DNA from: Verrucomicrobiota bacterium
GTDB lineage: Bacteria > Verrucomicrobiota > Verrucomicrobiia > Opitutales > Cerasicoccaceae
Direction of reading: 5' to 3'
Assembly (NCBI GenBank): GCA_039818205.1
Contig: JBCBUK010000002.1
Span: 96,001-160,000 of the forward strand
DNA: 64,000 nucleotides
Part shown: positions 31,301-39,552 of the stretch, in pieces
Layout of the letters: every line of letters begins with the position of its first letter
Position numbering within the stretch: position 1 is the stretch's first letter
Notes under the pieces: model-generated
The model's input: the letters and a program-made list of their open reading frames with translations, nothing else
The model's database searches: none
Told to the model about the DNA's origin: nothing
Made by a program: the position numbers and the translations under genes

Positions 31301-31752
31301 CTGGAAAACTTGCTGGTAAAGTTGGCGCGAAAGCCTTCGCAAAAACTTTTGGGAAACCGGGTAGGTTCATGAAGTTCATCAATAAGATCTCCACCCCGGA
31401 TAAAATTGCCCGTCGTCGGGCAGTTGGTAGCTTCCCCGAGCTCCTCGCGCGGAGCGCAAAGAAAGAGCGCAACCAGGCGCTGTTGAAGTTTTTCGTCAAG
31501 AGTAGTGTGGGCATCGGTTCTATCTATGCTTCGCGTGCGTTCGATGCGGAACCGCCTCCGGCGGGAGGTGGAGGTGGAGGCTTCCAAGGAAACGGAAACT
31601 ACAGCATCATCGATAGTGCCGTCGACGAGCTCAATCAGAACCGTTTACGTCAATACGGTGAATACATACACTTTGACCTCTATCTAGATGCCGTCCGTTT
31701 GGCCGACCGTCCAGTGCCGTCTCACCCAACCAACTCCCTCACGGGCTTTTAG
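25384..31752 (+). CDS. secreted RHS/YD-repeat protein: signal peptide, lectin-like N-terminus, DUF6531, YD shell with inserted P-domain, RHS core, Gly-rich C-terminal cargo
   Basis: MRFFRLCLVYGFVLSSVHA-A signal; IDTATGAF...YNS...GPLG.SWSHNY; many YD..GRL repeats; HYDYRGST, YTPYG, YMRFRWY...RFLSRD, GNPAMYVDPEG. Alternative start at 25366. Confidence 0.93.
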   Translation: MRFFRLCLVYGFVLSSVHAASSLEVLYDSSSVNPDPTSQGWVTSETTTPGVDANLDGLIDSSNVGAIVDSEGVSWQIYDQFSAGTLNFPSYRNPMTAEDFETMYAQGWVYEFTVRAVQVDRWAGFTGWAVSSGDNPGWNFSGSMARVGFFFGFDPSGDFWVRHNGDQRYSGNTNNSFHTIRAVCPPESTTFEWFINGVSQGAGELITSGGFQGLVFEQGSSADQFGAADWKRVSLSSEVTPIASPTIPVTGTVLFWGDEEYNFENNDMTGLLALSSATSTLATVDEGNSESGFYRLDIDGSDDIATGAMVASVALNGRFQTVPSGSDFATATVVPISGPCAYNFSISRTSDFMEYNIDTAFGWFPFSEFTAAVATGDGFEPVLTELVGSAGISLGAGEQVVALAEGQILVDLTDLNAPSDDGVLLASVAQGDAKVALVEPKDDGTFNVYVRDSTSSDLKRGAISFVYLPFADAGQPGQRLVASARVQSDAGIEAYGGAFSLGKLDRGRWALAIPGHNNDSGTLLTTPMWGGGNSNDNIITYEWDAPANCWIIESRWGQFSNFGIEDGATADELMFNFAFFAKDPIIAGDSPMVFDEAVVRQIRPHGDSLIGNGIDTATGAFSQGRELLMVEGVRPLALDINYNSRLTTISGPLGTSWSHNYQAKLEGNLGQEVVIRWDAHRKSVFTFVEADRAYVGADEDVQFANLTAMSPSDELPDTYWRLMMEDGDIYYFGKDGRLNSVHNVIRQPINLEYDGAGRLVKLIEPFSEVELTLAYNEINLIETVTDELGRVVTLTYDEDARLICIPAPVIAEVLESGDAITSEPIPDNDPAGTSIIVDVPEGGIISGILIRSLEIRHSIPGDLTVSITSPEGTEILLDPVANHNGVDAILFDGQSFDSFRNEERMGDWVLQVADNADGVIGTIESFSFSFIESDRKVHYIYDDANRIVLATDSIGEQILGAEYDEFGRIIRQMDGRPESPDAIITYEAIDQSDDVRTTYIDPLGNTWAFVHDSEFHLMSATNPVGGSSTFTYDEKGLRLTLTDARNHTTSFTYNENGDVASTTDPLGNTTSFEYGDEHDITRIIDAHGEFTQLVRFNGRLVEVVDALENTDVKEYYDNGQVSRYIQSKTSPTVPGGGGAEPGEADIRYALDDRERVARATNPNGDDVGNAEQSLTYDLAGRVITSVDFGDNVTEIFYTPSGDIRTQIDPESNVSRRDYDHRGRLYREVTSRGFETTYTYDGNGNITSSTNAIGETTIFEYDNDDRLVAITNPRGSVVAYEYDAFGRVVGTTDALGRTERTVYDAVGNIVEVYDASGTLVLKITYDERDLPIRIEDAQGHVTTAEYDALMRKVKTTDPLGLVYQYTYDELGRLTRTVDPQGRTGTTTYLTDDVVDTVFQPVFSGQSSSYFIHYDFANNLTDVFGKNGAPESFAYNSRNLLSRSLSLQGRRVDFSYDDLGRLIESDPSSSTDNTRTYEYDVTGNLLKVFVSDNGVETLQSERTFDPLGRISTYTDHATSGSSQTLRYVYDRAGNLTRMIYPDGSTLTYTYDDTDRPIQITDWANRITVLTWDELDRLRQVDFPNGVQRTMRYDAAGNLIYREDLEADGEVIISYSYGYDSAGRLQSEVAYPELPAPIPSSATLTYDDFNVIQTYNGSNIDTDFDGFVVGASAVDPTFGSINHNTRGHLTSTSGYSYHYDEEDRLVGWQPAGSADTERIEFFANPSGRLSQVLTQSQAGSLAKRFVYGVGLFYEEDVATGEIKVLHYDYRGSTVALSDDNGDLAGRVSYTPYGEIASRTGETDTLFLYNGLYGVLTSPEGMNYMRFRWYLPQIRRFLSRDIHLGSIGDLSSLNRFSYARGNPAMYVDPEGEFWWIVGGAAVGAAINVGVTFVADLADDGQLNTPPEEYAAAAIGGALFGGITAATGGLGGAVFGGAIGAATENLVLAGLRGEAVDFQSVMTDAILGAGSGALGHGAGKLAGKVGAKAFAKTFGKPGRFMKFINKISTPDKIARRRAVGSFPELLARSAKKERNQALLKFFVKSSVGIGSIYASRAFDAEPPPAGGGGGGFQGNGNYSIIDSAVDELNQNRLRQYGEYIHFDLYLDAVRLADRPVPSHPTNSLTGF

Positions 31753-31753
31753 A

Positions 31754-32467
31754 ATGAGGTATCTCTTAATTATTGCACTGGCTGCCGCCAGCCTCACTCA
31801 GCTGCATGCGGCATCGAATTTCTACGATGATGCCGGGCGGCTCATTCGCACGATTTATCCCGACGGTCACGCAACGATATACACCTATGATGATGCGGAT
31901 AATGTGCTTTCCGTTTCCTCAACGACTGCGCCTACGGCGCCAACGTCTATCGGTGCGGAATTGGATACGACCACCTCAGCAACCATCTCCTGGGAAGATA
32001 CCTCGGACTCTGAAACGGGCTACCGCATCGAGCGACGCCTTGCTAGCAACTACGACTGGGAAGTGCTGGTTGATCTGCCCGCGAACACCACGGAATACAC
32101 CGATACAACGCTACTGGAGGGAGAGACTTACGTGTATCGGGTCTACGCGCTCGGAGCGTCCCCGCTTACTTCGTCTTATTCCGCCGAGGCGACAGCGGCA
32201 GGTGAGTCCAGCATCGTTTTCAGTATTGGCTCATTTGAGGTTGAAGGCTCAAGCTACGAGATCCGATTCGTCGCGGACCCTTCCGAGAGTTATTCCCTGC
32301 AACGGAGCACGACACTGGAGCCGAATTCCTGGTCAACCATACCATTTGCCCTGGCACCCGATACGACGCCAGGTGAAACAGAGCTTAGCGGAGCCAGCGG
32401 CGTTGCGTTGATTTACTTCCCGATCCCCACCGACGTTAGGAACTTCTATCGCTTGGTTAAGAACTAG
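31754..32467 (+). CDS. secreted partner protein: single YD/RHS hairpin, fibronectin type III domain and Verrucomicrobia-type C-terminal tail
   Basis: ATG 1 bp after the RHS stop; signal MRYLLIIALAAASLTQLHA; YDDAGRL...YPDG...YTYDDADN; FN3 (P.APT...ISWED.S..ETGYRIER...YTDT.L..GETYVYRVYA); SYSLQRSTTL...W...RNFYRL. Confidence 0.85.
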   Translation: MRYLLIIALAAASLTQLHAASNFYDDAGRLIRTIYPDGHATIYTYDDADNVLSVSSTTAPTAPTSIGAELDTTTSATISWEDTSDSETGYRIERRLASNYDWEVLVDLPANTTEYTDTTLLEGETYVYRVYALGASPLTSSYSAEATAAGESSIVFSIGSFEVEGSSYEIRFVADPSESYSLQRSTTLEPNSWSTIPFALAPDTTPGETELSGASGVALIYFPIPTDVRNFYRLVKN

Positions 32468-32502
32468 CGCAAACTATTCCAGGTATGCGGAGAATCCAAC
32501 TG

Positions 32503-32901
32503 CTAAGCAGACGCAGTGAGCTTAGCGATGAGGGCGGTGTCGACGAATTCGGTGATGTGCTTGATCTTGAGATTTTCGTCGAACTCGATGTGGTCCATGA
32601 TCTGGGTTGTAAATCGGTCATTCGTTGGGGTGTAGACAACGGTTAGGTCGTAGCGGGCGGCAACGTTGAGGCCGTCAACGATCACGTGAATATTCTCCCG
32701 TTTCTCCCAGTGCCAAATCGTGATCAACTGGTCAACGACGTCTCGGATCGACGCTTGGCCCAGTTTGGTATTTACGCTTTCGGTTCCGGCAATGGAAATG
32801 TTGGCGTCCTCCGCAAAGCAGCAGGCACAGCGGTTGGTGTCATTATCCAGTCGTGATTCGTAGAGGCAGTTCAGGGCTTGTTCAATTTGAGAGCGATCCA
32901 T
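32503..32901 (-). CDS. NTF2/SnoaL-like protein
   Basis: FAEDA, G..SI, V.VDG..VA, KIKHITEFVDTA. Confidence 0.8.
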   Translation of the reverse strand: MDRSQIEQALNCLYESRLDNDTNRCACCFAEDANISIAGTESVNTKLGQASIRDVVDQLITIWHWEKRENIHVIVDGLNVAARYDLTVVYTPTNDRFTTQIMDHIEFDENLKIKHITEFVDTALIAKLTASA

Positions 32902-33092
32902 GGTGGGTAGTGGTTGGTGGTTGGGGGAGCGGTTAGGTTTGTGTCTAATGTGCTAATGGCTTGGGAGAGGAATGGCTATCATTTTCTAATGGTTTTTGAG
33001 TGGGGATTGGATGGGCGATCGGTTGATCAAAAGCGGCAGAATTTAATCAACTCACTTGCCACGTGACGCAAATCTGTCACGGTGATCGGGTT

Positions 33093-34226
33093 ATGGAGTA
33101 TCGCGATTTAGTCCGCCCTGATGTTCTAAACCAACCCGTGTACGAACCCGGCAAGCCTATCGAGTATGTGGCCCGGGAGTTCGGCCTGGACGTGGACTCA
33201 ATCTTGAAGCTCGCCTCGAACGAAAATCCCTTGGGCGCTTCGCCGAAAGGTTTGGAGGCTGCGCAGAAGGCCCTGCTAGAGTCCCATTTGTATCCGGATG
33301 GTGGCTGCTGGGAGTTGCGGAATGCCTTGGCGGAACAGTTCACGATGCAGCCCGATCAGTTCGTGGTCACCAATGGCTCCAATGAGTTCATGACCTTGCT
33401 TTGTCAGGCTTTTTCCGGGCCAGGTGACGAAGTGGTGATGGGCGCTCAGAGCTTTATCGCGTTCAAAATCGGCGTTTTATTGGCCGATGCCACGCCGGTC
33501 GAGGTGCCGATGCCAGATATGCGGCACGATTTGGACGCCCTGGCTGCTGCCGTGACCGAGCGAACCAAACTGGTTTATTTGCCCTGCCCGAACAACCCAA
33601 CGGGGGATTGCCATTCGCAGGAGGCGATTGAGGCCTTGATTGATCGGTTACCCGAGCACGTGATTTTCTGTTTCGACGAGGCATACGCGGAATACTCCGA
33701 GAATGCTCCTGATCTCAGACCGCTGATCGCGGCGGGACGCAAGGTCGTTTGTTGCCGGACCTTTTCCAAGATCTACGGGCTGGCGGCATTCCGAGTGGGC
33801 TACGCTTACGGCGACCCGGAATTGATCAAATTGCTCAATCGCGTGCGGGCGCCGTTCAACGTTAATGCGATTGGCCAGGCGGCGGCCACGGCGGCTTTGG
33901 CGGATATTGATCACGTTAACCAATCTAAGGCCACCAATGACGCGGGGCTCAAGCAATTGTCCACCGGCTTTGAGGCGCTCAATCTCGAATACCGAGCCGA
34001 AGGAGGGAATTTTGCGCTGATAAAGGTTGAAAACCCCCAGCAAATATTTGAAAGCTTGCAGCAACAAGCTGTTATTGTTCGTCCGTTGAAACCATATTCG
34101 CTAGCTCATCATGTTCGGGTAACCGTTGGCACCGAGGCGCAGAATGCGCGCCTGCTGGAGTGTCTTGCGGCTACTATCCAGGGGAAAAATACGGATGCCC
34201 CTTGCGATGAGCAGCCCACACTGTGA
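33093..34226 (+). CDS. hisC: histidinol-phosphate aminotransferase
   Basis: YEPGKP, KLASNENPLG, NGSNE, PNNPTG, DEAYAEY, RTFSKIYGLA..RVGY. Confidence 0.95.
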   Translation: MEYRDLVRPDVLNQPVYEPGKPIEYVAREFGLDVDSILKLASNENPLGASPKGLEAAQKALLESHLYPDGGCWELRNALAEQFTMQPDQFVVTNGSNEFMTLLCQAFSGPGDEVVMGAQSFIAFKIGVLLADATPVEVPMPDMRHDLDALAAAVTERTKLVYLPCPNNPTGDCHSQEAIEALIDRLPEHVIFCFDEAYAEYSENAPDLRPLIAAGRKVVCCRTFSKIYGLAAFRVGYAYGDPELIKLLNRVRAPFNVNAIGQAAATAALADIDHVNQSKATNDAGLKQLSTGFEALNLEYRAEGGNFALIKVENPQQIFESLQQQAVIVRPLKPYSLAHHVRVTVGTEAQNARLLECLAATIQGKNTDAPCDEQPTL

Positions 34227-35539
34227 ACACGATCACTTTTTGGGACTTTCTCGCCTTAGGCGTCGGCTTGATTGGTCTTCTAATCATCAACGCCTTGCTG
34301 GTGGCCTGCGAGATCAGCCTGGTGAAGCTTCGCTATGCGGATCCGGGTGAGTTTGATCCGGCCAAGCTGCGCAAACGTAAACGGATCGCCTACCTGATGG
34401 ATCGTGCCGACTGGGCGGCTCCGGTGATACGTTTTTCGATCATGGCGGTCACCATTGCCCTCGGCTTGTTGCTGTTTCCCCTGCTGAAATATGCGATGGC
34501 CTCCGCGGATTTCTTCCAGAGCCAGCCGGGTACATCGATCAAAGCGATTGTTGCCTTCTTCATCGCGGCATCCGTGATCAGTTTGTTTGGCTTTTTGATC
34601 CCGCGGGCGTTTGCGCTTTCAAATCCGATTCGGGCGCTGGGTACTTCCTCATGGGCGGTCATCGGGCTGATCACCGTTCTGCTGCCTTGGTTTAAACTAC
34701 AGCGTAGCATCGCACGGAGCCTTTCGAAGATGATGGGCATCAATTTTCAGCACGACTTCAACGTGCAGGATATCGAGGTGCAGATTCGTGCCCTAGCCGA
34801 AGACCAGCAACCGCCGACCGCCTACGTGCGCAAAATGCTGCGTAACGCCCTGCGTATGCGAGATTTGGAGGTCAGCGATGTGCTCCTGCCTCGGAATCAG
34901 GTTCAATTTTTCAACACCGAACAGTCGGTAGAAGAGAATCTCCAGCTCGCTCGAGAGACTGGGCATACGCGATTTCCGCTTTGCGATGGCGATTTAGACC
35001 GCTGTAGCGGACTGATACATATCAAGGACCTCTTCCGTCGGACTGGCCCGGTTGAGACCCTTGGTCTAGAATCGATCACGCGAAAGATCGAGCGCTTCCC
35101 ACATGACATGAAGCTCGAGGTTGCCCTGCAGCGGATGCTCGCGCAAAAGGGGCACATGGCCTTGGTCTCCGATGAGTTTGGCGGCGCCCTCGGAGTGGTC
35201 ACGCTCGAAACAATTCTCGAGGAGCTTGTGGGCGATATCGACGACGAGTTTGATACCCCTGAGACCGAGGAGCTTACTCAGACGGGCCCCGACGAATATA
35301 TGGTCGATGGTCTCATGGCGATCCATGACCTCGAGGAAGAGCTGAGCGTCGATATTCATACTGATGAGGTTTCGACCGTTGGCGGATTGATTACCTCCGA
35401 GTTGGGGAGGATCCCGGAAATGGACGAGCAGATAGTGCTCGATAAGTGGGGCCTCGAGTTTGTGGTCAAGGAAGTGGACGAGCGCCGCGTTCTCGCCGCT
35501 GCCGTCAAAAAAATCCCCGTCGTCGAAGAAGAGGATTAG
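34223..35539 (+). CDS. hemolysin-family/CNNM protein (DUF21, CBS pair, CorC_HlyC)
   Basis: A.E.SLV..R, PR, GHTRFPL, HMALVSDEFGG..GVVTLE.ILEELVGDI.DEFD, TVGGLI...LGRIP. Confidence 0.9.
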   Translation: MNTITFWDFLALGVGLIGLLIINALLVACEISLVKLRYADPGEFDPAKLRKRKRIAYLMDRADWAAPVIRFSIMAVTIALGLLLFPLLKYAMASADFFQSQPGTSIKAIVAFFIAASVISLFGFLIPRAFALSNPIRALGTSSWAVIGLITVLLPWFKLQRSIARSLSKMMGINFQHDFNVQDIEVQIRALAEDQQPPTAYVRKMLRNALRMRDLEVSDVLLPRNQVQFFNTEQSVEENLQLARETGHTRFPLCDGDLDRCSGLIHIKDLFRRTGPVETLGLESITRKIERFPHDMKLEVALQRMLAQKGHMALVSDEFGGALGVVTLETILEELVGDIDDEFDTPETEELTQTGPDEYMVDGLMAIHDLEEELSVDIHTDEVSTVGGLITSELGRIPEMDEQIVLDKWGLEFVVKEVDERRVLAAAVKKIPVVEEED

Positions 35540-35692
35540 GCTAGTTTTTCGCACTCGAACCCGGTTTTGTAGAATTTCTCGGATTGCCGGGAATGGCTGA
35601 CCGACCAAACCCAATAAAACCCGTGGGCTGAGCTCCAACGGTTTTCCGGGAAGAAGCAGCTACTGCTGCCTCTCGATCCAATTGGACGTTGG

Positions 35693-36907
35693 CTAGCGGC
35701 GGAAGCCGCCTGGGCGATTGTTGAAGCCGCGGTTGCGTTTCTTTCGCGGAATAGCTGCACCTGGTGCTTTGAGGTCGGGCTCATTACGATAGCGAAATTC
35801 TTCCAACTTGCGCCTTGGAATCGGCTTGTCGATGTAGCGCTCGATAGCATCTAGGAAGGCGATCTCGTCACTCGAATACAGCGTGTAGGCTTCACCCTCA
35901 GTGGCAGCGCGGCCCGTTCGACCAATCCGGTGGACATAGTCTTCTGGGTTTTGTGGCACGTTGTAGTTGATGACGTGAGTGACGCCGGAAATGTCGAGAC
36001 CGCGCGAGGCGATATCGGTGGCGACAAGGATTTCGTAGCGTCCCTCCTTGAAGCCGGAAAGGGCTTCGCGACGTTCGCTTTGAGACCGATCGGCGTGCAT
36101 GATAGCGACTGTGTGCTCGTGGTCTTGGAGCCAGCGCGCAACGCGATCCGCATCGATCTTGGTGCGGGTAAAAACGAGCACGCTGTTGTAGTCAAACTTG
36201 CTCAGCATGGCCAAAAGGAGGTCATACTTCTGGATGCCGTCGACCGGGAAAATGGCGTGGTCAACCGTGTCAGCAGTCTTGCTCGTCGATTGTATCGCAA
36301 TCTGCTCGGGATCCTGGAGCACCCAGTTCGCGAGGTTGAGAATCTTATCGGGGAGCGTCGCCGAAAATAGTAGGGTTTGACGGTCTTTTGGGCAATGGCG
36401 AACGATGTCCGCAACCTGCTCGATAAAGCCCATATCGAGCATCCGGTCGACCTCGTCGAGCACGAGAATCTCCAGATTTTCGAGGCTCAGATTCTTTTGC
36501 TGCAGGTGGTCAATCAGCCGTCCAGGGGTTGCCACGACAACATCTGGGCCCGCATCGAGCGCTTTCAGCTGGGCGCCATATTTGACGCCGCCGTAAATTA
36601 AGACCTTGGTCAAGTCGAGGTGCTTCCCATAGAGCTCCAGCTGTTCGTCCACCTGACCAGCGAGTTCGCGGGTTGGTTCTAGGATGAGGGCGCGCGGAGC
36701 ATTCTCCGAGTGCTTCTCTAGCTTGGAAATCAGGGGCAGGGTAAAGGCGGCGGTCTTACCGGTGCCAGTCTGCGCTGAGCCAATCACGTCTTTGCCGGCC
36801 ATCACCACAGGGATAGCCTGTGCCTGAATGGGTGTCGGATTCGTGTAGCCTTTGTCGCGGACTGCCTCCGTCACGGCGGGCAGCAAATTCAGATCATCAA
36901 ATGTCAT
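35693..36907 (-). CDS. DEAD/DEAH-box RNA helicase (RhlE-like)
   Basis: Q motif PTPIQ, AQTGTGKT, PTREL, TPGRL, DEVD, SAT, RGLD, YVHRIGRTGR. Confidence 0.95.
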   Translation of the reverse strand: MTFDDLNLLPAVTEAVRDKGYTNPTPIQAQAIPVVMAGKDVIGSAQTGTGKTAAFTLPLISKLEKHSENAPRALILEPTRELAGQVDEQLELYGKHLDLTKVLIYGGVKYGAQLKALDAGPDVVVATPGRLIDHLQQKNLSLENLEILVLDEVDRMLDMGFIEQVADIVRHCPKDRQTLLFSATLPDKILNLANWVLQDPEQIAIQSTSKTADTVDHAIFPVDGIQKYDLLLAMLSKFDYNSVLVFTRTKIDADRVARWLQDHEHTVAIMHADRSQSERREALSGFKEGRYEILVATDIASRGLDISGVTHVINYNVPQNPEDYVHRIGRTGRAATEGEAYTLYSSDEIAFLDAIERYIDKPIPRRKLEEFRYRNEPDLKAPGAAIPRKKRNRGFNNRPGGFRR

Positions 36908-37060
36908 GCAAAAGGCTTGTTAATAAAGGGATTCCACCACAAGGAAAGGAAATTCGCATACTCCCGAGGACCAATTCATTATTGCGGTTCGCTGATTGAT
37001 CAGCCTTGGACCGGGTCCGACGAGATATCTCGGATCGAAATGCGTCCGCGGACCGACGGC

Positions 37061-37666
37061 TCACTTCCGCACCTCGTAGACGGCGTAGCCAGCAAACAGG
37101 CTCGGGAGAAATGTGCACGGCGTGCGCCAGTCGTCCGAAAGGAACACCTGTCGCTCAATTGCGATGCCTTCTTCCTGGCAATAATTCTCAAAGCTCGAGA
37201 CGCTAACTGGGTTGGAGGCGCGACTGGTCCACCACGCGTCAGGATAGACTTCGTTGCGAATTCGGCTACCATTTTTGAGCATCTCCCAGCGGTTGACCCA
37301 ATAGCCGTGGTTAACAAATCCGACGGCTAGGCGTTTACCGACCCGAAGGGCCTCCAGCAAAATCGTGTGCGGGGTGCCCAATTCCTGAAGGGTCCGCGAG
37401 CAAACGACCCAATCGAAGGCATTTTCTTCGAAGGTGCCCAGGATTTCCGCGATGTCGCCCTGGTAGGCGGGAACGTCGCGTTTAACGCATCCGGTGATTT
37501 TGCCAAGATCGTTGTCCACCCCGACGGCGTAGCAATTTTTGCGGTTGATCAGCTCCTGGAGCAATATCCCGCGCCCGCAACCGAGATCGAGCACGCGCGC
37601 ATCATCCGCAATCCACTCTAGGAGGATCTGCAGGTCCATCTCGCGCTTGACGGCATGTCGTCCCAT
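37061..37666 (-). CDS. metW: methionine biosynthesis protein MetW
   Basis: ARVLDLGCGRG, FD.VV.SRTLQ, LRVGK...VGF.N.GYW..R. Confidence 0.88.
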   Translation of the reverse strand: MGRHAVKREMDLQILLEWIADDARVLDLGCGRGILLQELINRKNCYAVGVDNDLGKITGCVKRDVPAYQGDIAEILGTFEENAFDWVVCSRTLQELGTPHTILLEALRVGKRLAVGFVNHGYWVNRWEMLKNGSRIRNEVYPDAWWTSRASNPVSVSSFENYCQEEGIAIERQVFLSDDWRTPCTFLPSLFAGYAVYEVRK

Positions 37667-37782
37667 AAAACCGGCCAGCTTGACGCTTTCCGTTCCTGAG
37701 TAAACGCATTTTTATGGCTTAAAGGATATCCAGTAGCGCAAAAAACTTGCCCCAGCCCCTGACGCTGGCTTTCGTGACGTCT

Positions 37783-38154
37783 ATGGATAAGCTCGACGAG
37801 ATTTTTCAGCTGCAAGAAGCGCTCAATAAGCGAATCGGGGTCGATACTTCGACGTTAACGGAAGAAGAAAAGGTCAAGTGGCTATTGAATTACACCCGGG
37901 CCTTTCAGCAAGAGACAGCCGAGCTGATTGATTCCGTGCCCTGGAAATGGTGGGCGAAGTACCAGGAGTTTGATCAGCAAAACGCGAAAGTTGAGATCGT
38001 CGATCTGTTTCATTTTTTGATCTCAGCGGCTCAAGTGCTCGGCATGACAGCCGATGACGTGTATGAGGCTTACACGAAAAAGAATAAGGTCAACCACGAC
38101 CGCCAAGACAGTGGCTACACTGTTAAGGACGAGGCAGACTCGAAGCATATTTAG
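37783..38154 (+). CDS. dimeric all-alpha dUTPase (dUTPase_2 family)
   Basis: IF.LQ..LN, E.AELIDSVPWKWW, KVEIVDLFHF, KNKVNHDRQ.SGY. Confidence 0.88.
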   Translation: MDKLDEIFQLQEALNKRIGVDTSTLTEEEKVKWLLNYTRAFQQETAELIDSVPWKWWAKYQEFDQQNAKVEIVDLFHFLISAAQVLGMTADDVYEAYTKKNKVNHDRQDSGYTVKDEADSKHI

Positions 38155-38193
38155 CGAGCCTCTCCTGAATTCCGGCTGTTCCCATCCATCCCT

Positions 38194-39477
38194 ATGTTCC
38201 ACTACAAGCTTGCCCGAAACCATGACCCGCGAGTGGCGGGGCAGGCGCTATTGGCGGAGCTCAGCACGTGGGCGAATGCCTGTGTGCGACGATACATGGA
38301 TCAGCCGCCGATTGAGGGGCTCGATCAAGCGGTCTACGCGGCTGGTTGGTTGCCTTTGATTTATTTTGAGCCGAATCACCCGGCTGCAGATTTGCTGGAG
38401 CAGATTCGTGATGATGTCGCCGAGAATTCGATCGAGAATGGCGCCTGGCACCATGGTTATTGGCGCATGGCCGATATTAGTATGGGAATGCGCCACTTTG
38501 AGGTGTTTTTGGGCTCATTGGCCCGCCTGAATTCGGACATGGTTACCGGTGGGCAAATCTTGCATGCTGCCGAGCACATCGGGAACTGGTGCGAGGATGT
38601 TCCGACTTGGTTTGATGAGTCTCGTGGATGTTTTCATTCCCATTTCTTCGGAACTGAGGGCGCGGAAAAGGATTCCTGTGGCTTTGATACACCGGAGCAT
38701 TTCCACTGCATCAATTTGGCGCTAATCGCTTTTCGCCTGAACCAGTCCCGGCGTTATGCTGAGTGGGCAATTCGTTATGGTGGTCGCTGGGCTGACGCTA
38801 TTTTGGCAAATTCGATGTTGCCGGTCGGCCTCGATGAGAAGGGAGCGGTGCTGGAGCCGAATCTGGGTCCGGATGCGCGCGAGAATTTATACCGAGCTGA
38901 GGCGTTCTTAGCAGCAGACGCCGTGCAATCCCTGCTCAAGCTGTGGAATGTTTCCGGAGAGGACCGTTTTCGTCAGGCGGCTGAGAAAATTATCGAGACA
39001 CTGTTACCGGAGCTGATTGACCCGGATGCGGGCGGTCTCGCTGCGGCAATTCGTTTTTACCGCCGGATTACCAAGAGCGATCGATTTGACGCCAAGGTCA
39101 TGGAAGAGTTCGGGTATTTGTTGCCCTACACAATCGACTTTATCGATTTAGACACCGCCCCAATTTACGATGAGTGCCCATTGGGATTGGGGAAGAGCGC
39201 TGACTTGCCACATTGGCGGGAAGACAACCAGACACGGCAGCATAATCCTGTTTTGATCGCGCTGGCGGCGGAAATTTCCAACGATGCAACCTTGGCTGCC
39301 CGAGCGCTGGACCTCGGAACTGCCTATTTGTCATTGGCTCAGCGGGCGTTTCCGGATGGCCGCGAAGACAGTGATTCGGCTCGCACCGTTTCAGCAATCG
39401 CCCGCGGGCATGCTCGCGACAATAACGCGGGCGTTGTGACGGAAGTTCTGGTGCCGCTAATGGCACGTTTTAAGTAA
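38194..39477 (+). CDS. hypothetical protein (possibly a helical-barrel fold)
   Basis: 427-aa ORF with host-like codon use; no motif recognised with confidence. Confidence 0.7.
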   Translation: MFHYKLARNHDPRVAGQALLAELSTWANACVRRYMDQPPIEGLDQAVYAAGWLPLIYFEPNHPAADLLEQIRDDVAENSIENGAWHHGYWRMADISMGMRHFEVFLGSLARLNSDMVTGGQILHAAEHIGNWCEDVPTWFDESRGCFHSHFFGTEGAEKDSCGFDTPEHFHCINLALIAFRLNQSRRYAEWAIRYGGRWADAILANSMLPVGLDEKGAVLEPNLGPDARENLYRAEAFLAADAVQSLLKLWNVSGEDRFRQAAEKIIETLLPELIDPDAGGLAAAIRFYRRITKSDRFDAKVMEEFGYLLPYTIDFIDLDTAPIYDECPLGLGKSADLPHWREDNQTRQHNPVLIALAAEISNDATLAARALDLGTAYLSLAQRAFPDGREDSDSARTVSAIARGHARDNNAGVVTEVLVPLMARFK

Positions 39478-39552
39478 TGCTTGGGCATTGCCTTCGGGTC
39501 CGCTGCGCAGTTTTTCAGTTGCATTTCCTTTCTGGAATCCGCCAATGGTGCC

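Noticed and set aside
32503..32901. NTF2-like gene as the RHS immunity protein
   Set aside because: It is convergent, separated from the RHS gene by the partner gene, and looks like an ordinary SnoaL-type protein.
37061..37666. metW without an adjacent metX
   Set aside because: Separation of these genes is unremarkable, and the rest of the genome is not visible.
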